The position numbers were made by a program, and so were the translations under genes. Below, one piece after another: positions 46,984-55,843 of a stretch of 64,000 bases of DNA (position 1 is its first letter; every line of letters starts with the position of its first letter). The stretch covers positions 68 to 64,067 of the forward strand of contig JAJYIE010000003.1 of the NCBI GenBank assembly GCA_021790255.1, in the 5' to 3' direction. The notes beneath the pieces were generated by a model. It had not been told where the DNA came from. It did no database searches and was given only the letters and a program-made list of their open reading frames with translations. Source of the stretch: a bacterium (GTDB lineage: Bacteria > Patescibacteriota > Microgenomatia > Daviesbacterales > UBA10151).

Positions 46984-48853
46984 GATAGGATAGGGTAGCG
47001 TAGATACGGCGCACTCCGGCGCCGGCGGATTCTTCTTTAGTAATTTGGAAATGGCCTAATTGCCCGGTGTGTTCAATATGTGGACCGCCGCAAATCTCTT
47101 TGCTGAAGTTCCCGATCGTGTAAACGCTAACCTTATCCCCGTACTTTTCGGCAAAAAAGCCCAGGGCTCCTGATTTTAAAGCCTTTTCCTTACTCGTCTC
47201 TTCCCGGGTCACAGGCAGATCCTCACTGATTTTCTGATTAACCAGATCTTCAACTTGTTTTAGTTGTTCTTCGGTTAATTTTTCCGGCTGAGAAAAATCA
47301 AAACGGATCCGTTCGGCGGTAATATTGCTACCTTTTTGCTGGACATGGGTTCCCAGAATCTGCCTGAGTGCAGTATGGAGTAAGTGAGTGGCGGTATGGT
47401 ATTTGGTAGTAATTTCCGAGTGATCCTGCAGGCCGCCCCGAAACATACCAGCAGAAGCAGTACGGGATAACTCGCGATGCTGAGTAAATGCCTTCATAAA
47501 TCCTTCCGAATCAATGTATAGGTTTTGTTCTGCAAGAAGTTCATGGGTAAGTTCGTAAGGAAAGCCGTAAGTCTGGTATAGATCAAAAGCAATTTTACCC
47601 GCATCTTCAATATTTTGTTTCATGTTGGGTAATTGTTTATTAAACTCTTTTAACCCCCTTTCCAAAGTTATTCGAAACTTATCTTCTTCTCTACTAAGTT
47701 CCGACAAAATAGTTTCTTCGGTATTTTTTACCCAAGGGTAAACATCCTGGTAAAGTTTAACTATCTGCCTGGCAATTTCTTTCGTGAGATTATTCTTAAT
47801 ATTTAGCTGATGCCCTTTTAAAACCGCACGTCGGATTAGCCGTCTTAAAGTATAACCTTGCGTTTTATTGGAAGGAGTTACGCCGCTGGCGATTAGAAAA
47901 ACGGCGCCTCTTAAATGATCAGTAATAATCCTGAAATCCGGTTGAAAGTTTTTGTCCTCATATGACTTCCCTGAAATTTTCTCTAAATGAAAGATAAGTG
48001 GAGTAAAAAGATCAATCTCAAAAATATCAGAAAGGTTTTGCGAGGCAGCCGTGATTCTTTCTAATCCTCCCCCAAAATCCACATTTTTTTTAGGTAACGG
48101 CTCGAATTTATTTTCGGCCAGCTTTTTAAACTCCATAAAAACAGAGTTGCCGATTTCTAAGAAATGGCCGCAATCACAGTTAGGATGACAATACTTCCCG
48201 TATTTGGGATCATGTTCAATTTCACTGAATTCATAAAACATCTCCGAGTCTGGCCCAAAAGGTTCACCTTCCGGGATTTCTTCGAAGCCACCAAAACGGC
48301 TCCAGAGATTTTTCTTTTCGCCGTAATAAAAAATACGTCCTCCTTGCATACCGACATCGGCAGCGTGGCTTTCGGTTCCCAACTCTACCGCACTGGCTTC
48401 AATCCCTTTTTCAAAAAAGAGTTTCTTCCATATTTCGACTGACTTATTGTCTCTGGGTAAATTGTATTTTTCATCACCGGCAAAAACGCTGACATAAATT
48501 TTTTGTGGATCAAGTCCTACAATTTCCGTTAGAAACTCCCATACCCAAGGAATCTGCTCGTCTTTGAAATAATCACCTAAAGACCAGTTGCCCAACATCT
48601 CGAAAAAAGTAGTATGTCTGTTGTCACCAACTTCTTCAATGTCCTGAGCCCTGAAACTGAGCTGCGAATCAGTTAGCCGGTTTCCTTCGGGGTGAGTTTG
48701 CCCCAATAGATAGGGAATCATTGGTTGCATCCCCGAACCGGTAAAAAGAGTCGTTGAATCGTTCTCGGGCACAAGGGGAGCTGGTGGCACATTTTTGTGC
48801 CCTCTTTCTTCAAAGAATTTTAAATATTTTTGGCGAAGCTCATCAGCGGTCAT
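46970..48853 (-). CDS. alaS: alanine--tRNA ligase lacking the C-terminal C-Ala oligomerization domain
   Basis: Catalytic core (FTGSGMQP, WSLGDY), tRNA-recognition and editing domain (HTATHLLH...CGGPH). Ends after the editing domain at 627 aa. Confidence 0.9.
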   Translation of the reverse strand: MTADELRQKYLKFFEERGHKNVPPAPLVPENDSTTLFTGSGMQPMIPYLLGQTHPEGNRLTDSQLSFRAQDIEEVGDNRHTTFFEMLGNWSLGDYFKDEQIPWVWEFLTEIVGLDPQKIYVSVFAGDEKYNLPRDNKSVEIWKKLFFEKGIEASAVELGTESHAADVGMQGGRIFYYGEKKNLWSRFGGFEEIPEGEPFGPDSEMFYEFSEIEHDPKYGKYCHPNCDCGHFLEIGNSVFMEFKKLAENKFEPLPKKNVDFGGGLERITAASQNLSDIFEIDLFTPLIFHLEKISGKSYEDKNFQPDFRIITDHLRGAVFLIASGVTPSNKTQGYTLRRLIRRAVLKGHQLNIKNNLTKEIARQIVKLYQDVYPWVKNTEETILSELSREEDKFRITLERGLKEFNKQLPNMKQNIEDAGKIAFDLYQTYGFPYELTHELLAEQNLYIDSEGFMKAFTQHRELSRTASAGMFRGGLQDHSEITTKYHTATHLLHTALRQILGTHVQQKGSNITAERIRFDFSQPEKLTEEQLKQVEDLVNQKISEDLPVTREETSKEKALKSGALGFFAEKYGDKVSVYTIGNFSKEICGGPHIEHTGQLGHFQITKEESAGAGVRRIYATLSYPSVS

Positions 48854-49042
48854 GAGGCAATTATATGCCGAAGGCGCCCTTCTCGTCCACCTGACCAGCA
48901 GCCTATTGCCGGGGTTCTCATTTTGCTGTTTTGTGCTAAACTAAACTGAGTAGTCAGTGGGTAGTGAATAGTGGTTAGCGAACCGTAATGCGCCAGCTGT
49001 AGTACAACTATAAACTATTAACTATTTACTAATAACTAATCC

Positions 49043-51478
49043 ATGAGTTTTCTAGATGATCTGGCTGCCCGCCTCCCTTTTAAGCTTAAACGTCGAGCCG
49101 CTGAGGCTCAATATTTTTTTGCTGTAAATATCAGCCTTTTTCAGGTCACAGCCGCAGTCTGGGAAATTTTTAACAACCGGCTGGAGATTAACGGTCAGGC
49201 AACATTACCCTCTGAGGGAACAGGTGAGCTGGTAGAAAAAACTTACCAGGCTTTAGACCGCGCAGTTGGGGCACTTGAAGTGGAACCGGAGAAAGTGCTG
49301 TTCGGAGTGCCGGACTCCTGGAGCGATAAGGAAGATCTGCGCGAACCATACCTGAAACTGCTGCGAAAAATGCTCAAAGAATATGAGCTGCAGCCTTTGG
49401 CGTATGTAACTACCACTGGAGCGATTTCTTATCTGCTACAAAAAGAAGAAGGCATTCCGCCGACGGTTATCCTGCTTGGAATCGGAGACTCTGTTGAAGC
49501 AGCGCTGCTTTCCGCTGGTAAAGTGGTGGAAAGTCATTCGGCACGGGGGGAGAACTTACTGGATAGTGTAGGAAAAGTAGTCGGACAGTTTGCTGAAATG
49601 GAGTCATTGCCATCCCGGGTTTTGCTATATTCTACCTCCTCTGATGCGGATCTAACTAAAGCACGGGATCAGCTGATGTCTTATCAATGGATACAGAAAC
49701 TGTCTTTCCTGCACTTTCCCAAGATTGAAGTTTTAGAAGAAGGAACAGCCCTGAAAGCTGTGGTTTTAGCCGGAGCGGTGGATTTGTGCCCGCAGGTTGA
49801 TCTGCGCCACAGCTTTACTGCAGGTAATTTATCCGGAACCGGTGGAGAAAGGCTCAACGGATCAGGCGCGCGCAGCTTCGGGCAAAGTTTGGCAGGAGCA
49901 AGGCCGCTTACAGATTCCGACACAAGGCAAGCAGAAGAAGCGGATGAAGTCAGCAAACACCCGGCTGGCGCCGGTTTTATTCAGGGCGATATCCGTAATT
50001 TTAAGTCTGCAAGAGCAGCAGACTCGGAAGATGATTTGCCAGCCGGAGGGAAACCCCGCTTTTCAGTTGGGACTTCTGATGAGGAGATGACAGATATGGA
50101 GCGTGAAGATTTAGATGACGACAAATTGATGGGTCCGGATAAGGAAGAAGAGATGCTAAGCGAAGAGGAAGAGGAAGGGATTTACGCGCCCCTACCGGGG
50201 CAGGTACACCAGGGTCTTATGCAACCCGCACCGGTTAGTGAAACTTCAGCTCTGCCGGCATTGTGGTTGGGCCGGTTGCAAAGGGCAGTGCAGGGGTTAT
50301 CTTTTCCTATGTTAAAAGGAGGTATGGGAGCATCGTGGAAGCTTTTGGCTCCCTTAGGCCTACTGCTGATTTTGCTGGCAGTTTATATTTTTTATCCCAA
50401 GGCTACGGTGACAGTTTTTGTCCAGCCACGGACTCTGGAGAAAAGCGCGGAGATTGTGGCAGATCCGGCAGCCACAGCGGTGGATGAGCAGAACATGATT
50501 ATCCCGGGCAAGGTGGTGGAAACTGCTGTCAAGGGATCAGGAACAATTGCCGTTACCGGCCAGAAAGAAGTTGGCGATCCAGCAAAAGGGCAGGTGGTCA
50601 TTTACAACCTGACGGAAAATCCTCAGTCTTTCTCTCAGGGGACTGCCCTGTCTTCTGATTCCGGCCTGAAATTTACCCTGGATACCTCAGTAAGTATTGC
50701 TTCCCAGTCTTCAACGATAGGCGCCGATTTTACGCAAACTATTAAACCTGGGAAGTCTGATGCAGTTGGGATGACGGCAGTTCAGATCGGACCGGAGGGC
50801 AATCTGCCGGCCGGTAGTCAGCTGACGGTCGACAGCAAATCCAAATCTGAGGTGGTAGCCCGGGTAGAGGAGGCTCTTTCCGGCGGTACCTCTAAACAAG
50901 TGACCGTTGTTACGGCAAATGATCAGGCAAAACTCAAAGCTCAGGTGCTGGACACACTGCGCCTACAGGCTGAAACGGTGCTAAAAGGGTCAGTCAATGG
51001 CGACCAGCAGGTGATCAGTGAAGCCCTGATGGTCACTGACAGCAGCTTTGATTTTAATAAGGAAGTGAACGATCAGGCCAGCCAACTAAGCGTTAACGCC
51101 ACAGCCCACTTTAAAGGCACGGCATATTCCGAAGCAAACCTGCGCTCTCTCGTGTCAAAGCTTGTCTCTACGGATATTCCGTCCGGATACTCTCTGGATT
51201 TGCAGAGTACTGAGACCCAGGCCGGTGTTTCCCGGGTGGAAAAAGACGGCAAGCTGGTATTTCAGGCACAGTTCAAAGCCGAACTGTTACCGACACTAAA
51301 CCTTGATACCCTGAAAAGCAGTATCGAGGGCAGAAGCATAGCCGATGCAAAGGCAAGTCTGAAAAATATGGATAATGTCATTGATGCGGATGTCAAGATT
51401 AACCCTCCCCTACCAGGGCCACTGCAGCGCCTGCCCCTTTTCGGCAGTCATATTAATATTGATGTTACCCCAAAGTGA
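49043..51478 (+). CDS. large membrane protein: degenerate FtsA/PilM-like actin-fold N-terminus + acidic linker + 1 TM + about 380-aa extracytoplasmic domain
   Basis: VILLGIGDSVEAALLSAGKV parallels the FtsA/PilM phosphate-2 region (VLVDIGGGTTD) but lacks the catalytic Asp/Gly-rich residues. TM helix is LLAPLGLLLILLAVYIF. Confidence 0.55.
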   Translation: MSFLDDLAARLPFKLKRRAAEAQYFFAVNISLFQVTAAVWEIFNNRLEINGQATLPSEGTGELVEKTYQALDRAVGALEVEPEKVLFGVPDSWSDKEDLREPYLKLLRKMLKEYELQPLAYVTTTGAISYLLQKEEGIPPTVILLGIGDSVEAALLSAGKVVESHSARGENLLDSVGKVVGQFAEMESLPSRVLLYSTSSDADLTKARDQLMSYQWIQKLSFLHFPKIEVLEEGTALKAVVLAGAVDLCPQVDLRHSFTAGNLSGTGGERLNGSGARSFGQSLAGARPLTDSDTRQAEEADEVSKHPAGAGFIQGDIRNFKSARAADSEDDLPAGGKPRFSVGTSDEEMTDMEREDLDDDKLMGPDKEEEMLSEEEEEGIYAPLPGQVHQGLMQPAPVSETSALPALWLGRLQRAVQGLSFPMLKGGMGASWKLLAPLGLLLILLAVYIFYPKATVTVFVQPRTLEKSAEIVADPAATAVDEQNMIIPGKVVETAVKGSGTIAVTGQKEVGDPAKGQVVIYNLTENPQSFSQGTALSSDSGLKFTLDTSVSIASQSSTIGADFTQTIKPGKSDAVGMTAVQIGPEGNLPAGSQLTVDSKSKSEVVARVEEALSGGTSKQVTVVTANDQAKLKAQVLDTLRLQAETVLKGSVNGDQQVISEALMVTDSSFDFNKEVNDQASQLSVNATAHFKGTAYSEANLRSLVSKLVSTDIPSGYSLDLQSTETQAGVSRVEKDGKLVFQAQFKAELLPTLNLDTLKSSIEGRSIADAKASLKNMDNVIDADVKINPPLPGPLQRLPLFGSHINIDVTPK

Positions 51479-51541
51479 TACTTTCTTTGGACTGGCACCT
51501 TTTCCGATAAACAGTTAGAATCTCATTTAGACTAAGATTAT

Positions 51542-51928
51542 ATGAAATATTTAGGGGTTGACTGGGGATTAAAAATGATCGGCTTGGCAGTATCAGAGGG
51601 GGAACTGGCGGCTCCATGGCAAAGTATTAAAGTTCACAGCTTTAAGCAGGCCATTGCGGTAATCTCTGCTTTGGCCCGGGAGGGTTCTTTCGAGAAAATT
51701 GTGATCGGTCAACCTGAAAGAGAAATGGGCAAAATAGCGCAGAAAGCAGGTGGGGTTTTACAAAAGAGGGGTTTTCCCGTTATTATGGCTGATGAAACCA
51801 TGAGCACCAAAGATGCCCGTGAGCAAATGATCAAACTTGGTATGGGGAGAAAGCGGCGCCGGGATGACAATGCGGTGGCGGCAGCCATAATTTTGCAGCG
51901 TTTCTTGGAAGAGAGTAATCAGAAATGA
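51542..51928 (+). CDS. ruvX: Holliday-junction resolvase-like RuvX/YqgF
   Basis: YLGVDWGLKMIGLAVSE matches the YqgF N-terminus. The alaS...ruvX-mltG neighbourhood is conserved. Confidence 0.85.
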   Translation: MKYLGVDWGLKMIGLAVSEGELAAPWQSIKVHSFKQAIAVISALAREGSFEKIVIGQPEREMGKIAQKAGGVLQKRGFPVIMADETMSTKDAREQMIKLGMGRKRRRDDNAVAAAIILQRFLEESNQK

Positions 51929-52902
51929 GAAAATCACACTTTTTATATACGCTGGTGGTAGTTGCTATCGCCGGGGTGCTGGTTTTCTGGGCAGCTAAAT
52001 CTTACTGGGATTACCTTTTGTCTCCGGCTGATTCCCAAGATAGCCAGGTGCAGGTTTTTATCATCAGCAAAGGTGATGCTTCAGCCGATATTGCTGACCG
52101 CCTGCAGCAAAAAGGGCTGATCAGATCAGCTTTGGCTTTCCGGCTGTTCGCCCGCTTTTCCGGCCGGGCTGCCCAAATCCAGGCCGGCTCTTTTCGCTTG
52201 TCGCCCTCAATGAGTGCTGACCAAATGCTGCGGGAGTTGGCAGTGGGAGCTGAGGATAAATGGGTGACCCTTTTGGAAGGGTGGAGGGTGGAGGAGATGG
52301 CTGCCCAGCTGAGTAAGGATCTGGGTATAGATAAAAAAGAATTTTTAACCCGGGTCCGGGAGGGTTATGTTTTTCCCGATACTTACCTCTTTAGCAAGGA
52401 TGGCGGTGTGGCGGAGGTAATTAAAGCCACCCAGGATAATTTTAATAAAAAATATGATAAGGCGCTGCAGCAGATGGTGGAAGCAAAAGGGTTAACAACC
52501 GACCAGGGGGTAATTCTGGCATCAATTGTGGAAAGAGAGGCCCGCACCCCGCAGGCCCGGCAGATGGTAGCGAGTATTTTGTTAAAAAGGCTTAGGATTG
52601 GTATGGCTTTGAACACCGATGCTACCATCCAGTATGCTCTCGGCTATCAGCATGATGAGAAAAGTTGGTGGAAGAAAAACCTGACGGATGCGGATAAACA
52701 GGTAGATTCGCTTTACAATACCTATACCCATGCCGGTTTGCCGCCCGGGCCGATTTGTAATCCCGGGTTATCTTCACTGGAAGCTGTAGCCAACGCTGAC
52801 CCGTCAACGCCCTTTCTTTACTATTATCATGACTCAAACGGCGTTCCTCATTATGCCCGCACCCTGGATGAGCAAAATCAAAATGTGGCCAATTATCCGT
52901 AG
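51925..52902 (+). CDS. mltG: endolytic murein transglycosylase MltG (YceG family)
   Basis: N-terminal TM and a YceG domain (GSFRLSPSMSADQML...GLPPGPICNPG). Confidence 0.85.
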   Translation: MRKSHFLYTLVVVAIAGVLVFWAAKSYWDYLLSPADSQDSQVQVFIISKGDASADIADRLQQKGLIRSALAFRLFARFSGRAAQIQAGSFRLSPSMSADQMLRELAVGAEDKWVTLLEGWRVEEMAAQLSKDLGIDKKEFLTRVREGYVFPDTYLFSKDGGVAEVIKATQDNFNKKYDKALQQMVEAKGLTTDQGVILASIVEREARTPQARQMVASILLKRLRIGMALNTDATIQYALGYQHDEKSWWKKNLTDADKQVDSLYNTYTHAGLPPGPICNPGLSSLEAVANADPSTPFLYYYHDSNGVPHYARTLDEQNQNVANYP

Positions 52903-52904
52903 AT

Positions 52905-53981
52905 ATGGAACTATCACCTTTCAAACTAGAACGCTATTTTGCTAGGTATGAGTTCTCTGCTAAATATTTACTGCCGCCTCCGATTGCGACGGTTTGTGCC
53001 AGCAAGATCTTATCGTCCTATCGGACCCCGAAATCAAGCACCTTTGGGATAATTTGTTTAGGCTATACCGAGTCACGCGGTTTACCACTACTGCGCGAGG
53101 AAATAAGCAAGATTTATCGGGAACTTCAGCGGATGATGTTCTGGTTATTGCTCCGGAAGAGGGAATCTTTATCGCCATGAATACAATTTTAGAACGCGGA
53201 GACCATTTAATTTGCACTTTCCCAGGTTGCCAATCCCTTTATATGAAATAGCTCAGGGGCTCGGATGTGAAGTAACGAAGTGGCAGCCGGAAGAGGAAGA
53301 GAGATGGTGGTTTAACCCGGAGTTTTTAGAAAGCAGCATTCAATCAAACACTAAATTAGTGATGGTTAATTTTCCTCATAACCCAACCAGATATTTCCCT
53401 TCCAGACAGGATTTTGACCGGATAATTGAGATTGCCCGAGCCCATAATTTATATCTTTTTTCGGATGAGATGTATTATTTGTTGGAGTACGACTCTTCCG
53501 ACAGATTACCTGCGACAGTTGAAGTTTATGATCAGGCTGTGTCGCTTTTTGGTATGCCCAAAACTTTCGGTATGGCTGGGATTCGTCTGGGATGGGTAGT
53601 AACAAAAAACAGGCAGATGTTGGGAAAGTGCTGATCTTTAAGGGCTACACCACAATTTGTAGCAGCGCTCCTTCGGAGATTTTAGCCCTGGTTGCCTTAA
53701 GAGCCAAAGACCGAATTGTTGCTTAGCATCTTAATTTGATTAAAAGTAATTTAGAGTTGACTGAGCAGTTCTTTGCGAGTCATCAAGATCTGCTTAGCTT
53801 CATATATCCGAAAGCAGGAACGATCTCTTTCCATAAACTATTTTCCAGCCATCGTGCATTGAACTTTTGTGAGAATCTGGTGAGCGAGACTGGGATAATG
53901 TTACTGCCGTCAACGGTTTATGATTTTGACGATAAACATTTTTGTTTAGGTTTTGCCGGAAGAATTTCCCCGAAGCCCTAG
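52905..53981 (+). pseudogene. class I/II PLP-dependent aminotransferase pseudogene (at least 5 frameshifts + 1 in-frame stop)
   Basis: The protein can be reconstructed only by hopping frames: LSPFKLERYFARYEFSAKYLL / DLIVLSDPEIKHLWDNL / LGYTESRGLPLLREEISKIY / SADDVLVIAPEEGIFIAMNTILERGDHLICTFPGCQSLY / EIAQGLGCEVTKW...GMAGIRLGWVV / LIFKGYTTICSSAPSEILAL...* / LNLIKSNLE...LGFAGRI. Confidence 0.75.
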
Positions 53982-54774
53982 CTGTTTTTGCGCAGTATTT
54001 GGATGAGAAGTCATAAAGCTAAACCATTGCACAAAACGCCAATGTGGCAGGCTACCTCTGAGAATCATTTAGAAGATTTTGGTAAAAGGTATTAAACCCA
54101 TATTTGATCTCAGCGCTGATTGACTTGGCGGTTTGGTTCAACTGCTGATTCCAGGAGCGGCGGTAGTTGCGAGATCTAAGACAATCCATGCTTGATGCGC
54201 ATGACCGGAAGTTATGAGGCTCTAGGTTGTGACCGCGCCTGAAAGTTGATTGATTCGCTTTTTTCAATTCATGGTTGATCAACATCTGCTCGTGATCTCT
54301 GTTCATATTCTAGAGTATATACGAAGACGGCAAAATTTGTAAATCCAGGTTTTTAAATAGTAAGTCAGATATGGTAGGTATATTCTGTAAAAAAGAGGTG
54401 TGGGGATTTTGGGGAAGCTAGTTTGCTTACTTCAGTCACTCCGGGTATCAGATGGTCTTTGGTGATCTCCTTAAGCTTTTTCCAAAAACATTCACCAATT
54501 TTGGAATCTGTTACAAGCTCTCCCTGTGGGTTTTTTCCGGTAAAGACGTGGCAATAAACCTCGCCCGGTTACGCCGGTAGAAAGACAAGCGGACGGATCT
54601 TTTAGGGATAAGAAAGGGTCAGTTTATCAAGCAGCACTTTACAACCCAACTTATTTCTACCATCCGGAAGAGATCTTTGACTACTTCTCAATTCCGCCGA
54701 TTCCAGACAAGAGTTAACAGAACAAGATGTAGATTTACCTACTGAGACAGATTTAGTCTATCGGCAGAGAGGTG

Positions 54775-55389
54775 TTAACCGGCGCGTTTGATTTCTTTAG
54801 AAGTAATTTTCCCGTCACGATTAACCTGGTAAACGTAAACTTCCCCTGTGGCGATTTCTAGCTCGGGGATTCGCTCGTCAGGGATATTTTCCAAAAATTT
54901 AACCAAGGCTCTGAGGGAATTACCGTGGGCGGAAATTAAGACATTTTTCCCGGACTTAAGCTCTGGTAAAATTTTTTCCTGATAAAAGGGCACCACCCGG
55001 GTATAGACATCTTTAAGCGACTCTCCGTGGGGTGGCGGACAGTCCCAACCGCGCCGCCATTTTAAAAACTGCTCCTCTCCAAACTCCTCTTTAATTTTCC
55101 ATTTATTTTTGCCAGTCAAGTCACCGTAGTCACGCTCATTAAGCGCCGCGTCTTTTGTGGCCGGCAGTTCAGGCTGACCCAAAACCTGCTCTATCTCGTC
55201 CAAAGTTTGTTGGGCTCTTTTTAATTTGGAAGTAAAGGCAGTATCAAAATGGATGCCGATCAGTTGCCGCCCGGCTTGCCGTGCTTCCTGCCGGCCTCTT
55301 TGTGTTAACCCCACATCCATCCACCCTGTCCACAAACCTTTAGCATTCCACTCCGACTCGCCATGTCTTATTAAAGCTAAATATGCCAT
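54775..55389 (-). CDS. gpmA: 2,3-bisphosphoglycerate-dependent phosphoglycerate mutase (short form)
   Basis: LIRHGESEWN catalytic His motif and dPGM-family similarity. Confidence 0.85.
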   Translation of the reverse strand: MAYLALIRHGESEWNAKGLWTGWMDVGLTQRGRQEARQAGRQLIGIHFDTAFTSKLKRAQQTLDEIEQVLGQPELPATKDAALNERDYGDLTGKNKWKIKEEFGEEQFLKWRRGWDCPPPHGESLKDVYTRVVPFYQEKILPELKSGKNVLISAHGNSLRALVKFLENIPDERIPELEIATGEVYVYQVNRDGKITSKEIKRAG

Positions 55390-55424
55390 GTAAAGCCCTC
55401 CGAAAACTTCCTTACTTTAATCTG

Positions 55425-55634
55425 TCATTTTTTACTACCGGACCGGTAAACCAGCGCTAATACTCCCAAAGCAATCAAAGCAAATCCCCATCTGAGCGGA
55501 TGAGTTCCGATCACCGGATAAGTCAGAAGAATCCCCACTCCAATGCCGATTATCATATAAATCGCACCGGCGTACATGACAATACTATCAAAATATCCGC
55601 TGCCGCCACTTTTGGCTTTTGCCATCTTAATCAC
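55425..55634 (-). CDS. small two-TM membrane protein
   Basis: 69-aa ORF with two hydrophobic helices. No family recognised. Confidence 0.35.
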   Translation of the reverse strand: MIKMAKAKSGGSGYFDSIVMYAGAIYMIIGIGVGILLTYPVIGTHPLRWGFALIALGVLALVYRSGSKK

Positions 55635-55766
55635 CCCCCCTCTGGTTTTAGTATGGAGGGTTTTTTCTGTTTTGGCAAGCAGGCAAAAGTGTAGGAAGGT
55701 TACCCGTTACCCGCATATTGACAGCTAAAAGCGAATGTGCTTAAATACCCACAGTTAAATATTTAA

Positions 55767-55799
55767 AAGAAGGCATACTGAAATTGTATGCTTCTTTTT
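55767..55799. terminator. near-perfect hairpin AAGAAGGCATAC-N7-GTATGCTTCTT + T5 upstream of rpoB (terminator/attenuator-like)
   Basis: Seen directly. No plus-strand gene lies upstream, so an attenuator or bidirectional-terminator role is inferred. Confidence 0.35.
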
Positions 55800-55843
55800 G
55801 TTGTGCCCCGCCGCTGGTGGGGTAGTTGGGAACTCATCTACTA

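Noticed and set aside
46981-47012. TAGGATAGGATAGGGTAGCGTAGATA tandem-like repeat
   Set aside because: It lies inside the 3' coding end of alaS (minus strand) and is most simply coding sequence, not an independent repeat element.
54052-54306. 84-aa ORF with a Cys/Arg-rich tail as a TnpB/IS605 zinc-ribbon remnant
   Set aside because: The resemblance to the TnpB C-terminal CxxC...DxNAAxNI motif is too weak to call. It sits inside an obviously decayed region and is treated as a remnant only.
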